A stretch of DNA of 52,637 nt from a virus (Duplodnaviria; Caudoviricetes): the IMG/VR virus record IMGVR_UViG_3300043432_000046, positions 1 through 52,637 of that record; one strand, given 5' to 3'. The position numbers and the translations under genes were made by a program. The notes under the pieces were generated by a model. The model ran no database searches, was not told the DNA's origin, and saw only the letters and a list, made by a program, of their open reading frames with translations. Below, piece after piece: positions 16,651 through 24,683 of the stretch; positions within the stretch are counted from its first letter, which is position 1; every line of letters begins with the position of its first letter.

Positions 16651-16994
16651 TGGACCTCAGAACACGTAGCAAGCAGTTAAAGGACGCTATCGACCTCGCG
16701 AAGCGTTTGGACGTGCTAACAGACGAACTACTGTGGCAATACTTCTGTTGCAGCGTGCTGTGCATCACACCAGAATCATTCGACAGAAAGCATCTAGGCA
16801 AGATAGGCAAGAAGAAGTTGAAACGGTTCGCACGATGGAGAGTAAGAAATTATCCATTGTCGTTTACTTTCGATATGGCTAGGTTTATGAAAACGGTTAC
16901 TTTTGCGACTCGCCATCGTATGGGACCGCAACGCCTTGCGAAAATTTTGACTAGTACGACAAATACAACGAACTTTCCTATTGACAACAAGTAA
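16650..16994 (+). CDS. Hypothetical protein
   Basis: TAATG coupling at 16650. Confidence 0.6.
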   Translation: MDLRTRSKQLKDAIDLAKRLDVLTDELLWQYFCCSVLCITPESFDRKHLGKIGKKKLKRFARWRVRNYPLSFTFDMARFMKTVTFATRHRMGPQRLAKILTSTTNTTNFPIDNK

Positions 16995-17043
16995 ATTTCC
17001 GCGTATAGCTAACTGTGCGTGGAACGAAAGGAGCAACCGAACC

Positions 17044-17424
17044 ATGAAACAAATGACAAAACAATCTGACACATCGAAGTTGAAGCAGCGCATCTTGCGT
17101 GAGATTACGCAGGAGCAGATCATCGACTTCGATGAGCACTCCCGCGACTTGAAAACGCTCAAGCAACAGGTCAAGGAGAAAGAAGGCATCGTCGGCGCTC
17201 TCGAACAAGTGTTCGATAAGATGCTGACACAAGGATACTCGCAGGAGGACGGAACGTTGAAACTCGCCCTGCGTGTCAGCACCCGCCGCACCGTCGCATG
17301 GAAAGAAAAGTTTGCAGCTGTGTGCGGGCCGAATGCTGTTGACGACGCGCTGAAGGACGCACCGGAAAGCGAGACACGGCACGTTGTTGTTGTTGAGAGT
17401 GCGAATCCGGTTGGAAAGGCGTAA
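17044..17424 (+). CDS. Hypothetical protein (coiled coil plus beta)
   Basis: AAGGAG RBS. Confidence 0.7.
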   Translation: MKQMTKQSDTSKLKQRILREITQEQIIDFDEHSRDLKTLKQQVKEKEGIVGALEQVFDKMLTQGYSQEDGTLKLALRVSTRRTVAWKEKFAAVCGPNAVDDALKDAPESETRHVVVVESANPVGKA

Positions 17425-17428
17425 ACGT

Positions 17429-17572
17429 ATGGCAAGCGGTACTGTGTACGTTATGGATGAATTCGATCTAAGCGAGATCGAAAACGCACTTGAAAAAGCA
17501 AAGACCATCGAAGACATGAAAAAGGTCATCAAGTTACTGCTTGAGAAGTTACCTGTGCTGTACCAAGGATAG
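17429..17572 (+). CDS. Small hypothetical protein
   Basis: MASGTVYVMDEFDL..., 47 aa. Confidence 0.55.
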   Translation: MASGTVYVMDEFDLSEIENALEKAKTIEDMKKVIKLLLEKLPVLYQG

Positions 17573-17575
17573 GCC

Positions 17576-17704
17576 ATGTTAACACTTCTCGCCTGGCTCG
17601 TCATCATCGCTTGTATCATAGCAGCCTTTGCTGTGCATCCAGTCGCTGCGACCGTGATTGTACTTGTCGTATGGGCGATTGCACGAGTGACCGCGAAAGG
17701 ATAA
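17576..17704 (+). CDS. 42-aa membrane peptide
   Basis: Hand translation MLTLLAWLVIIACIIAAFAVHPVAATVIVLVVWAIARVTAKG. Confidence 0.6.
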   Translation: MLTLLAWLVIIACIIAAFAVHPVAATVIVLVVWAIARVTAKG

Positions 17705-17711
17705 ACGTAAT

Positions 17712-17870
17712 ATGAGAATTGCAATTTTGATGTTAATTGGCATGGTAACAGACCACTACGGTATTGAATTTCCAAAGTCGGCTTTTTTAATTACATTCGG
17801 CCTTTTTGTTGCTGTTGCTGCTATTCAAGACTTTATCGAAATCTGCCTATATTTTAGGAGCCACAAATGA
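17712..17870 (+). CDS. 52-aa membrane peptide
   Basis: Hand translation MRIAILMLIGMV...; AAGGA RBS. Confidence 0.55.
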   Translation: MRIAILMLIGMVTDHYGIEFPKSAFLITFGLFVAVAAIQDFIEICLYFRSHK

Positions 17871-18040
17871 GCAAACCTCTCACACCAGACGAAATTTCCA
17901 AGTGCATCGGACTGCTCACGCAAGCAATCACGCTCGCACAGCAAGCAAACCAACTGCTCGAAGTCGCGGGCCTAGCTGTCAACGGCGTACTGAACGTGCT
18001 ACAGGTAAGTGAAGGAAAGGAAAACGATCCCAATGTCTAA
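17867..18040 (+). CDS. 57-aa hypothetical protein
   Basis: AGGAG RBS, MSKPLTPDEISKC... Confidence 0.65.
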   Translation: MSKPLTPDEISKCIGLLTQAITLAQQANQLLEVAGLAVNGVLNVLQVSEGKENDPNV

Positions 18041-18251
18041 AACCCCACGATCCCATCGCTTCCAGTACATTTACTACATGACGAAGAACCTTCGTCTGGA
18101 CCTTCACGACCGCCTGCGCGTTCAAGCCGCGCTGCGTCACACGACCATTGAAGACATAATTAACACGGTACTGGAAGTTGGCTTGCCAGCAGTCGAACGC
18201 CAGACGGCGGACGAGAAGAAAGCGCGACGCAGAGCGGAGGCGACGATATGA
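18033..18251 (+). CDS. Putative ribbon-helix-helix DNA-binding protein
   Basis: TKNLRLDLHDRLRVQAA..HTTIEDIINTVLE fits an Arc/RHH pattern. Confidence 0.55.
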   Translation: MSKTPRSHRFQYIYYMTKNLRLDLHDRLRVQAALRHTTIEDIINTVLEVGLPAVERQTADEKKARRRAEATI

Positions 18252-18499
18252 AAGACCTCGCATACGCACAACGCCTAGCTGCTGTGCTAGTCCGCCAGAC
18301 ACACCAGATCGAGAAAATGGTTTCGCCAAAGAGCATCCTAGCCGCAGGCGAACGTCCGTCCACGGACAGGATGCTCATGGTTGCGCTGGACACGATAGGC
18401 GTTTTGTCGATGGCGATGACCGTCATCCTGCAAGAGCTTATTGTACTCACGGAGCCAACGCTCGTGGAAGACGAACCGAAAGGACAGCAGGACCAATGA
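18248..18499 (+). CDS. Hypothetical protein
   Basis: GGAGG RBS. Confidence 0.65.
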   Translation: MKDLAYAQRLAAVLVRQTHQIEKMVSPKSILAAGERPSTDRMLMVALDTIGVLSMAMTVILQELIVLTEPTLVEDEPKGQQDQ

Positions 18500-18852
18500 A
18501 CATCTTCCAACGAATCGCTATTTGGTGCGGCTGTGATTACGTACTACTGTACACAACATTCGGGTTAGTAGTCCGCCGCGTGCGATGGAGTTTTTCACGC
18601 CCAATGGTGAAGTGGTACAGGAGCCTAATCGAATTGCGCTCAGACGGTGGATGGAATGGCTCACAAGCAATAAGTGGTTGGGAGCCACTTACGCCTAAAA
18701 TTGGTGACTGGAGGGCGATGCTTCAAAGAATTGATTCGCCAAAGATGTTTCCGAGTTATTCGATGGGCGCTACTGCTACACCACCGGAAAAAGACGAATT
18801 ACAAAAGCTGTACGACATCTACCAGAAAGGACTTCACATTGGCAAACCCTGA
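18496..18852 (+). CDS. Hypothetical protein
   Basis: ATGA overlap at 18496. Confidence 0.55.
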   Translation: MNIFQRIAIWCGCDYVLLYTTFGLVVRRVRWSFSRPMVKWYRSLIELRSDGGWNGSQAISGWEPLTPKIGDWRAMLQRIDSPKMFPSYSMGATATPPEKDELQKLYDIYQKGLHIGKP

Positions 18853-18867
18853 ACCTACCTACGAAGG

Positions 18868-19314
18868 ATGGCAGAACTAATGCGCGGGACACCATTACGT
18901 AGATTTGAAGACAAGTATATTACTGAACCTAACACAGGTTGTTGGATTTGGGTAGGCGCACTAAACTCAGATGGCTATGCAAGTCTTAGAATAGGAAATA
19001 AAATAGAAAAAGCGCATATATGGTTCTTTAAACTTGTCCATAAGATACAGAAAATCGAGCACGGTCTTGAAGCAGATCACCTATGCCGTCTTCGCTGTTG
19101 CGTTAATCCTCGACATTTAGAAGTTGTCACGAAGCGCATAAACATACTTCGCGGCTTTGGAGCCGCAGCACTTTGCGCCCGTAAAACACATTGTGTTCGT
19201 GGGCATCCACTGACAGGAAACAACATCATAACAAATAAGCATCATCCACGTATGTGTCGTGCTTGTCACAACATACACGGTAAGGCTTATCGACAAAAGA
19301 AAGCGAACAAATGA
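18868..19314 (+). CDS. HNH homing endonuclease
   Basis: GCWIW.G....GY, AH, DHLC..R.CVNP.HLE.VT...N, C-terminal KTHC.RGH...C..C; AT-richer than flanks. Confidence 0.92.
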   Translation: MAELMRGTPLRRFEDKYITEPNTGCWIWVGALNSDGYASLRIGNKIEKAHIWFFKLVHKIQKIEHGLEADHLCRLRCCVNPRHLEVVTKRINILRGFGAAALCARKTHCVRGHPLTGNNIITNKHHPRMCRACHNIHGKAYRQKKANK

Positions 19315-20285
19315 GCACTGAACCAATATATGTTGATAATTCAATTTTGTGCAAAACTGCTGTCTGCGATACGGCCACGGTCATTCGATACATTCTCGGC
19401 CTAACCGTAACCGAAGAACGTGCCAACTTACTCAGCGGCACCGCAGGTCACGAAGCAATGGCTGTGTACTTCCGCACCGGCGACAAGGACTTGGCGCTCG
19501 CGAAGTTCGACGAGTATTACCGCGACTGGGCGCTTGCGAACCTTGCACCAGAACACGGCAAGTCTTACGAGAACTGCTACGCCTGCATCAGTACGTGGTT
19601 CGAGAATCACCCCATCGACAAGTTACCGTTTCGTATTATTCCTGACTGGATCGAAATAGGCTTCAGCTTCCCGCTGACCGACGACGGCAGCATCGTATTC
19701 GTAGGCCGCATCGACGCCATCGTACAGGAGCTTGACAACGACCATCTACGCATCCTTGACCACAAGTTTCCGGGCCGCGTGGACGGTATGTTTGCCAAGC
19801 AGTACCGGATGGATAGTCAATTCAGCGGCTACATTTGGGCGGGCCAGCAACAGCTTGGCATACCGATTGACGGAGGCTTTGTCAACGGTGTTGAGTTTAG
19901 CCGGTTGCCGAGCGATCCCGTACGCAAGTGCGCAAAGCACGGCGTTACGTTCAGCGAGTGTGGCTTCCTGCACGCGAACAGCGCGATCATCCTCGTCAAC
20001 CGTACACCGAAGCAAATCGCTCGCTGGCGGGCCGACGCGATCCGGCTGGCACGCCGCTTCGCAGACCTCAAGGCCAAGTACAATGACGCCGCGTACCTGC
20101 CAGCGGTCCCGATGCAGGGACAGTTCGTGTATCGTGCTTGTGCGAACTGCGAGGCAGCGGACTTCTGTGCGGCAGAGAAGCCGGTGGGTATGGTAGGATC
20201 GTTGTTTCAGCATAGTCCGTGGGAGCCGTGGAAGGCAGCGTTGGCTGTAACTGATGGAAAGGAGCAAAACGATGAGATGTCCTGA
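19311..20285 (+). CDS. PD-(D/E)XK exonuclease, Cas4/RecB-like
   Basis: GTAGHEA, GRIDAI, ILDHK, QFSGY, C-terminal CxxC...C. Confidence 0.85.
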   Translation: MSTEPIYVDNSILCKTAVCDTATVIRYILGLTVTEERANLLSGTAGHEAMAVYFRTGDKDLALAKFDEYYRDWALANLAPEHGKSYENCYACISTWFENHPIDKLPFRIIPDWIEIGFSFPLTDDGSIVFVGRIDAIVQELDNDHLRILDHKFPGRVDGMFAKQYRMDSQFSGYIWAGQQQLGIPIDGGFVNGVEFSRLPSDPVRKCAKHGVTFSECGFLHANSAIILVNRTPKQIARWRADAIRLARRFADLKAKYNDAAYLPAVPMQGQFVYRACANCEAADFCAAEKPVGMVGSLFQHSPWEPWKAALAVTDGKEQNDEMS

Positions 20286-20694
20286 TTGTAATAAGTTCGT
20301 ATCCTTCGACGAAGGCGAACCAGAAGTTGAAAGCATTGAGGTCGATGAGAGCGGTAACGTTCGCGCCGAAGTACGCATCGTCAACAACTGTAGTGAGTGC
20401 GGCCAAGAACTCAAAGACGGTCGGTTCGAGTTTGACGCTGACCATTCGGAAGAATGCAAGGAGCACCAAGGCACAGGCCACGAACTAAGCATTGAAGAAA
20501 CAAGTAGCGACCGCACAGGCCGCAGTGGATACTTCAAGAAAGGTGTGTTCGTATCTGCTTATGGCCGCTACGCCAAGACCTTCTACGGTGTTGAAGTCTC
20601 CTACGAGATCACTTGCTCCTGCAATGATGAGTTCAAAGTAACAGGAACTTTCTCTGATGAGATGCAGGGGAGTTCAATGGAGGAACTTGTATGA
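20272..20694 (+). CDS. Acidic zinc-binding hypothetical protein
   Basis: CPDC, CSEC, CSC; AAGGAG RBS. Confidence 0.7.
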   Translation: MRCPDCNKFVSFDEGEPEVESIEVDESGNVRAEVRIVNNCSECGQELKDGRFEFDADHSEECKEHQGTGHELSIEETSSDRTGRSGYFKKGVFVSAYGRYAKTFYGVEVSYEITCSCNDEFKVTGTFSDEMQGSSMEELV

Positions 20695-20870
20695 CCTCCA
20701 CCGCAATCTCTCGCGTCTGGCCGTGCAGCGCGTGCAAAACGCTTAACAAGCAAACGTACGTCAAGTGCTATTCGTGTGGTAAACCACGGCTGAACGGCAA
20801 CTGGCCGCAGGCTACGTGGTTTCAAGAACGTTTGAAGTTGGTGCGCGTACGTGAAGCAAAAAGTGAATAA
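20691..20870 (+). CDS. 59-aa RanBP2-type zinc finger protein
   Basis: Hand translation contains WPCSACKTLNKQTYVKCYSC = W-x-C-x2-C-x3-N-x6-C-x2-C; GGAGG RBS. Confidence 0.75.
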   Translation: MTSTAISRVWPCSACKTLNKQTYVKCYSCGKPRLNGNWPQATWFQERLKLVRVREAKSE

Positions 20871-20882
20871 GGAGCAAACAAG

Positions 20883-20981
20883 ATGATTAAAAATATCGTA
20901 CTGCTGGCTGGTGCGCTTGTTGGCTTACTGTTTGTGCTAGAATGGCTTGCAACGCAGTTGTCCGCTTGGATACCATTGTGA
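20883..20981 (+). CDS. 32-aa membrane peptide
   Basis: TAAGGAG RBS; MIKNIVLLAGALVGLLFVLEWL... Confidence 0.6.
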   Translation: MIKNIVLLAGALVGLLFVLEWLATQLSAWIPL

Positions 20982-21007
20982 TTGACTTCGCTCCCACCGC
21001 AAGGCAA

Positions 21008-21108
21008 GGCGCGGAGAGCGCGGGCGGCGCGGAGAGCGCGGGCGGCGCGGAGAGCGCGGGCGGCGCGGAGAGCGCGGGCGGCGTGGTGAGCGCGGGCGGC
21101 GTGGTGAG
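21008..21108 (+). repeat. 18-bp tandem repeat, about 5.6 copies
   Basis: GGCGCGGAGAGCGCGGGC x4, then variant GGCGTGGTGAGCGCGGGC and a partial copy. Confidence 0.95.
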
Positions 21109-21219
21109 GACACGCTGAATGACTTCAAGCTCGCCATCGACTGAGGGCTAGGTGCCGAAAGGCCACGCCTGAAGAAGTGGAGCAAATAGAGCAAGCCGGT
21201 TTGAATCCGGCCCCGCGCA
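21090..21219 (+). ncRNA. Putative tRNA-like structured RNA
   Basis: Acceptor GCGCGGG/CCCGCGC, D-like arm GCGTG/CACGC, T-arm GCCGG-TTTGAAT-CCGGC, 79-nt structured insert. Confidence 0.55.
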
Positions 21220-21309
21220 AACTCAATGGGCGCTGAGTCGGCACGCCCTTGGCCGGTAATGCAGGCCATTGTCACTCGGCCAGCGCCCTTTGAGGAAGGA
21301 GGAATTAAA

Positions 21310-21651
21310 ATGACCATCATCGAACGGCTACAACAATCGGTTGACAGTTCGCGACTCCCCGGACACGATCCAGATAGCGGGACTGTGGATATTGCCGATC
21401 TCGCTGCCCTGCTCGCCTGTGTCAAGGCGCAGCATACGTGGATTCATAGGCCGATATTCAATGAGACAACAGACAAGTTCTTAGTGGGCGAGTTTGAGAA
21501 GGACCGGGCCACGCGGATTCGCACTAGAAGAGGCCCAAAGGAAAGTGGGGCTGAAATGACCATTTGGGATAAAATTTTCGTTTGGTTTTGCATGACTGCA
21601 ATCTTAGGTAGCGTGGTTTACGTCTTGGTAAAAATAAGTATAGAGCCATGA
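21310..21651 (+). CDS. Hypothetical protein with C-terminal TM segment (may be two genes)
   Basis: AGGAGG RBS before ATG 21310. Confidence 0.55.
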   Translation: MTIIERLQQSVDSSRLPGHDPDSGTVDIADLAALLACVKAQHTWIHRPIFNETTDKFLVGEFEKDRATRIRTRRGPKESGAEMTIWDKIFVWFCMTAILGSVVYVLVKISIEP

Positions 21652-21920
21652 CCAACCCGATCCCGATTGAGGTAAGACGTAGATATAAATCAGCACGAAA
21701 TTGCTATCTCCCCGAGGGTATTATTCGCGAGCTTTGCGACGCCCTCCGCGACGCATGGGCCGTGGCGTTGGCAACAGCGCACGATTTAGAAGAAACTCAA
21801 GATAGCGAAACAGATTGGCATGATCGTAAAAAGTGCGGCAAGTGTGCCGAGTTCAATTTCGACTGGCAAGCCGAGGCCCATCGGCTTCTGATGGAGGCCG
21901 AAGATGACCCGCAAGCCTAA
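21648..21920 (+). CDS. Hypothetical protein
   Basis: 90 aa, coupled. Confidence 0.6.
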   Translation: MTNPIPIEVRRRYKSARNCYLPEGIIRELCDALRDAWAVALATAHDLEETQDSETDWHDRKKCGKCAEFNFDWQAEAHRLLMEAEDDPQA

Positions 21921-22200
21921 ACGCTTTCAACTGCGCGACACAGAGCAAGCACTTGAGTTGCTTCGCCGTATTGTACCGCCGAAGTTTGTCCCGAACACTA
22001 ACGGTCGGCAAGTTGAATTCGAGGAAGTTGAACTCATTGAACAACGACCACGTTCATTCCAGTTACGCATCAACGGATTTCCAGTGTTCATGCCTGCAAG
22101 TGTGGTGTTCTTTTTTGCAAAGGCCGAAGAACTCAAACCTGGCTGGACAGGTAAAGTCCGTATTCCGGCAAAGTTTGCGCGTGATGCAGGACTCCTATGA
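21904..22200 (+). CDS. Hypothetical protein
   Basis: GGAGG RBS. Confidence 0.7.
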   Translation: MTRKPKRFQLRDTEQALELLRRIVPPKFVPNTNGRQVEFEEVELIEQRPRSFQLRINGFPVFMPASVVFFFAKAEELKPGWTGKVRIPAKFARDAGLL

Positions 22201-22394
22201 ACCGTTGCCTCCGTATCGAAGCTCCGTACTTCTGCGCTGGTGTCCTCGTAGACGAGAACGGCAACGTAGTATCTGCACCGCCGATCCTGCGCTACATGCG
22301 CAACTGGCCGGTGGAAGGCGTCATTGCATACTGCCGCAAGAAGCACTGGAAGACCCAATATGTAGACAGGTCAACCGATGACGAACACAATTAG
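22197..22394 (+). CDS. Small phage hypothetical protein
   Basis: APYFCAG...APPIL.YM..W motif common in phages. Confidence 0.7.
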   Translation: MNRCLRIEAPYFCAGVLVDENGNVVSAPPILRYMRNWPVEGVIAYCRKKHWKTQYVDRSTDDEHN

Positions 22395-22412
22395 CAGCAT
22401 TTTATTTTTTCC

Positions 22413-22442
22413 TTGACAGAACGCACGTTTTCCGAGTATAAC
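22413..22442 (+). promoter_or_regulatory. sigma70-type promoter of the replication cluster
   Basis: T-rich UP element, TTGACA-N18-TATAAC. Confidence 0.6.
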
Positions 22443-22469
22443 TGGAAGCCTGCGTGAAGGAGCCAAGCA

Positions 22470-23234
22470 ATGAGCAACATTATCCGTCCACCAATACACA
22501 CACTCGTTTACGGCGATCCTGGTTCTCGCAAGTCAACATTCGCTGCGACGTTTCCCAAGCCAATGAACGTCTTCTTTTTCGACCCAATCGGAAAGGAGAC
22601 ACCGTACCTGCGTCAAGGCACGCCGACCGATATGTACGTCAACGATCAATACGGCATTTACAGTCGTGACGTGCTGAACGACGCGGGCGAACTGTTGATA
22701 CGCATAGAATACTTCGGTGACGTGAACGTACAGAAGCCCACCGGGTACAAAGCATTCCTCACGCGAATGCAAGACTTCTACAACGAACTTCCATCTTGGG
22801 GTACTGCCGTTATCGACAGCACAACCTTTATGGAGTTCGGCGCACGCAAGTACGAACAGTACGTGCTGAACCCAAAGACGAAGGATCGCCGCCAGTGGTG
22901 GGGCGGTTCGACTGATACAGTCGAGGAAATGCTCCAAGGTAGCTTCGGTGCCATGCCGATCAACGTCGTCGTGATCTGCCACGTCGATGAGGACAAGGAC
23001 GACTTCAACGGTATGATTGTACGCAAGCCGAAGGCTCCGGGCAGGCTGTCCAAGGGACTCGCCGCAGGTTACAGTGAAGTCTACCATGCGTACGTGTACC
23101 GTGACGCCGAAGGCAACCGGCAGTACGCGCTACAGACGCAACCGGATCAAATGTGGATAGCCGAATCGCAAGTAGGTGCTCCCGATCCTTGTTGGGGAAA
23201 TTATGAAGCAATTTGGGAACCAGAACAGAATTAA
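22470..23234 (+). CDS. Sak4-like (AAA_24) recombination ATPase
   Basis: YGDPGSRKST, VIDS, VVICH; next to nuclease and SSB-like genes. Confidence 0.8.
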   Translation: MSNIIRPPIHTLVYGDPGSRKSTFAATFPKPMNVFFFDPIGKETPYLRQGTPTDMYVNDQYGIYSRDVLNDAGELLIRIEYFGDVNVQKPTGYKAFLTRMQDFYNELPSWGTAVIDSTTFMEFGARKYEQYVLNPKTKDRRQWWGGSTDTVEEMLQGSFGAMPINVVVICHVDEDKDDFNGMIVRKPKAPGRLSKGLAAGYSEVYHAYVYRDAEGNRQYALQTQPDQMWIAESQVGAPDPCWGNYEAIWEPEQN

Positions 23235-23640
23235 GCACTTTTTTAAGCACGTAATCCCCGAACCGAATACAGGCTGTTGGCTGTGGGATGGTGCTCTAAC
23301 TACGGCAGGATATGGTTGCTTTAATTCTGGAAGCAAAACAGTCCAAGCGCACAAGTGGATATACGAACAGTTCGTCCGAAGCGTCCCAAGTGGTTTAGAA
23401 CTCGACCATAAGTGTCGTGTTCAATCGTGCGTCAATTACGAACACCATCTTGAGGAAGTTACACACCAAGAAAACGTACGCCGTGGGCTTGCAGGAATGA
23501 ATACTCGTTTGTTAAACAAAGCAAAAACACATTGCCCGCACGGACACGATTATAGTGTTTATGGTTACACAAACCCCAAGACAGGTCAGCGCATCTGCAA
23601 ACCGTGCAGAACTGCCTGTGAGCGGCGACGCCGTTCCTGA
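23203..23640 (+). CDS. HNH homing endonuclease
   Basis: EPNTGCWLW, GYG, AH, LDHKC....CVN..HLE.VT..EN, KTHCPHGH; paralogue of 18868..19314. Confidence 0.92.
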   Translation: MKQFGNQNRIKHFFKHVIPEPNTGCWLWDGALTTAGYGCFNSGSKTVQAHKWIYEQFVRSVPSGLELDHKCRVQSCVNYEHHLEEVTHQENVRRGLAGMNTRLLNKAKTHCPHGHDYSVYGYTNPKTGQRICKPCRTACERRRRS

Positions 23641-23689
23641 TCCGTCTTGGGGCGACTACGAGGCGTTATGGACGAACGAAAACAGCTAA
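23636..23689 (+). pseudogene. Orphaned original 3' end of the Sak4-like gene
   Basis: Encodes PDPSWGDYEALWTNENS*, same 54-nt length as the current end PDPCWGNYEAIWEPEQN* (23181-23234). Confidence 0.85.
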
Positions 23690-23720
23690 CAAACAAAACT
23701 CTACGAAAGGAGGCTAAACC

Positions 23721-23918
23721 ATGAGTAACGACATTACCAGCATCAGTGCGAAACTCGCGCTCGCTGACGCAGTGCTCGCCGCAGTAAAAGAAAGCGGACT
23801 GGCCCGCGTAAAGCGTCGGCGCGTCGTCGCTAGGCGTCGTCGCACGACCAAGGCTGCGCAGAAGCCCCGGACTTCGCGCACACCGTTAAAGAACGTTCCG
23901 GCAGAAGCAGCAGCGTGA
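23721..23918 (+). CDS. Small Arg-rich protein
   Basis: AGGAGG RBS. Confidence 0.7.
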   Translation: MSNDITSISAKLALADAVLAAVKESGLARVKRRRVVARRRRTTKAAQKPRTSRTPLKNVPAEAAA

Positions 23919-23948
23919 GCAACGAGCCACGCGGAAAGGACAGAAGTT

Positions 23949-24680
23949 ATGGGTAGAGCAGTAAACTTTGATGCTGTACCGGACACAAACATTGTGCCGG
24001 ATGGCGTCTATCAGGTTTTCATTGCCGAACTGGAAGAAACAGCTTCCAAAAACGGCAAGCTCATGTACAACGCGAGACTGGAAATCATGGAGCCAACAGA
24101 CTTCGCGGGCATGGGCATTTTCGAGGCATTCGTCATTGGCTCCGAGGAAGACCCGGACGCGGCAGAGGACGCCACCTGGGTTAAGGCTTTCGGTGCTCGA
24201 CGCCTGAAGAACATGCTGAAGGCAGCGCAGGTTCCGATGGACACCGACATGGACAACATCATCGCGGCTGCGTTGCAACAGCAACTCGTCATCAGTGCGA
24301 CGCAGGAAGTTGACACCGGCGAACGCGATCCGCAGTACAAAGGTCGCGTGCGTAACCGCATCAACGCCTTCTATCAGCTAGGCCACAAGGAGGTCGGTCT
24401 GACTGAGGAAGCTGCGCCTGCGCCCAAAAAGGCGTTAGCGGCTGTACCAAAGGCTCCCGCGCCTGCTGCAAAGCCCGCTGCGCCGAAGGCGGCTGCGCCA
24501 GCGCCCCGCGCACCGGCACCTGCGCCCCGCGCTCCTGCTCCGCAGGCTGCTGCTCCGCGTCCAGCGCCCGCTGCCGCGAAACCTCGCGCCGCTGGCACCG
24601 CGCACTGCTCGATCTGCAACACAGACGTAGCGCGTGCGGAGTTCGTGGAACACGTCGAAGCGCACGCGAATGAAGGGTAG
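23949..24680 (+). CDS. DUF669-like single-stranded DNA-binding protein with Pro/Ala linker and C-terminal C2H2 finger
   Basis: VPDGVY...E...SKNGK.M OB-fold pattern; CSIC...H...H. Confidence 0.7.
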   Translation: MGRAVNFDAVPDTNIVPDGVYQVFIAELEETASKNGKLMYNARLEIMEPTDFAGMGIFEAFVIGSEEDPDAAEDATWVKAFGARRLKNMLKAAQVPMDTDMDNIIAAALQQQLVISATQEVDTGERDPQYKGRVRNRINAFYQLGHKEVGLTEEAAPAPKKALAAVPKAPAPAAKPAAPKAAAPAPRAPAPAPRAPAPQAAAPRPAPAAAKPRAAGTAHCSICNTDVARAEFVEHVEAHANEG

Positions 24681-24683
24681 GTG

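Noticed and set aside
21008-21108. CRISPR array
   Set aside because: Units are contiguous with no unique spacers; no cas operon (the Cas4-like nuclease is a typical phage recombination gene)
20983-21144. Collagen-like GER-GRR protein on the + strand
   Set aside because: The frame has a stop at 20983 and no start codon before the repeat
21090-21219. Canonical tRNA or tmRNA
   Set aside because: No 7-nt anticodon arm, no T8, no CCA; too short for tmRNA
20937-21425. SPRRPR-repeat protein on the - strand
   Set aside because: Antisense to a uniformly + gene region and overlaps + genes; not called, though not excluded
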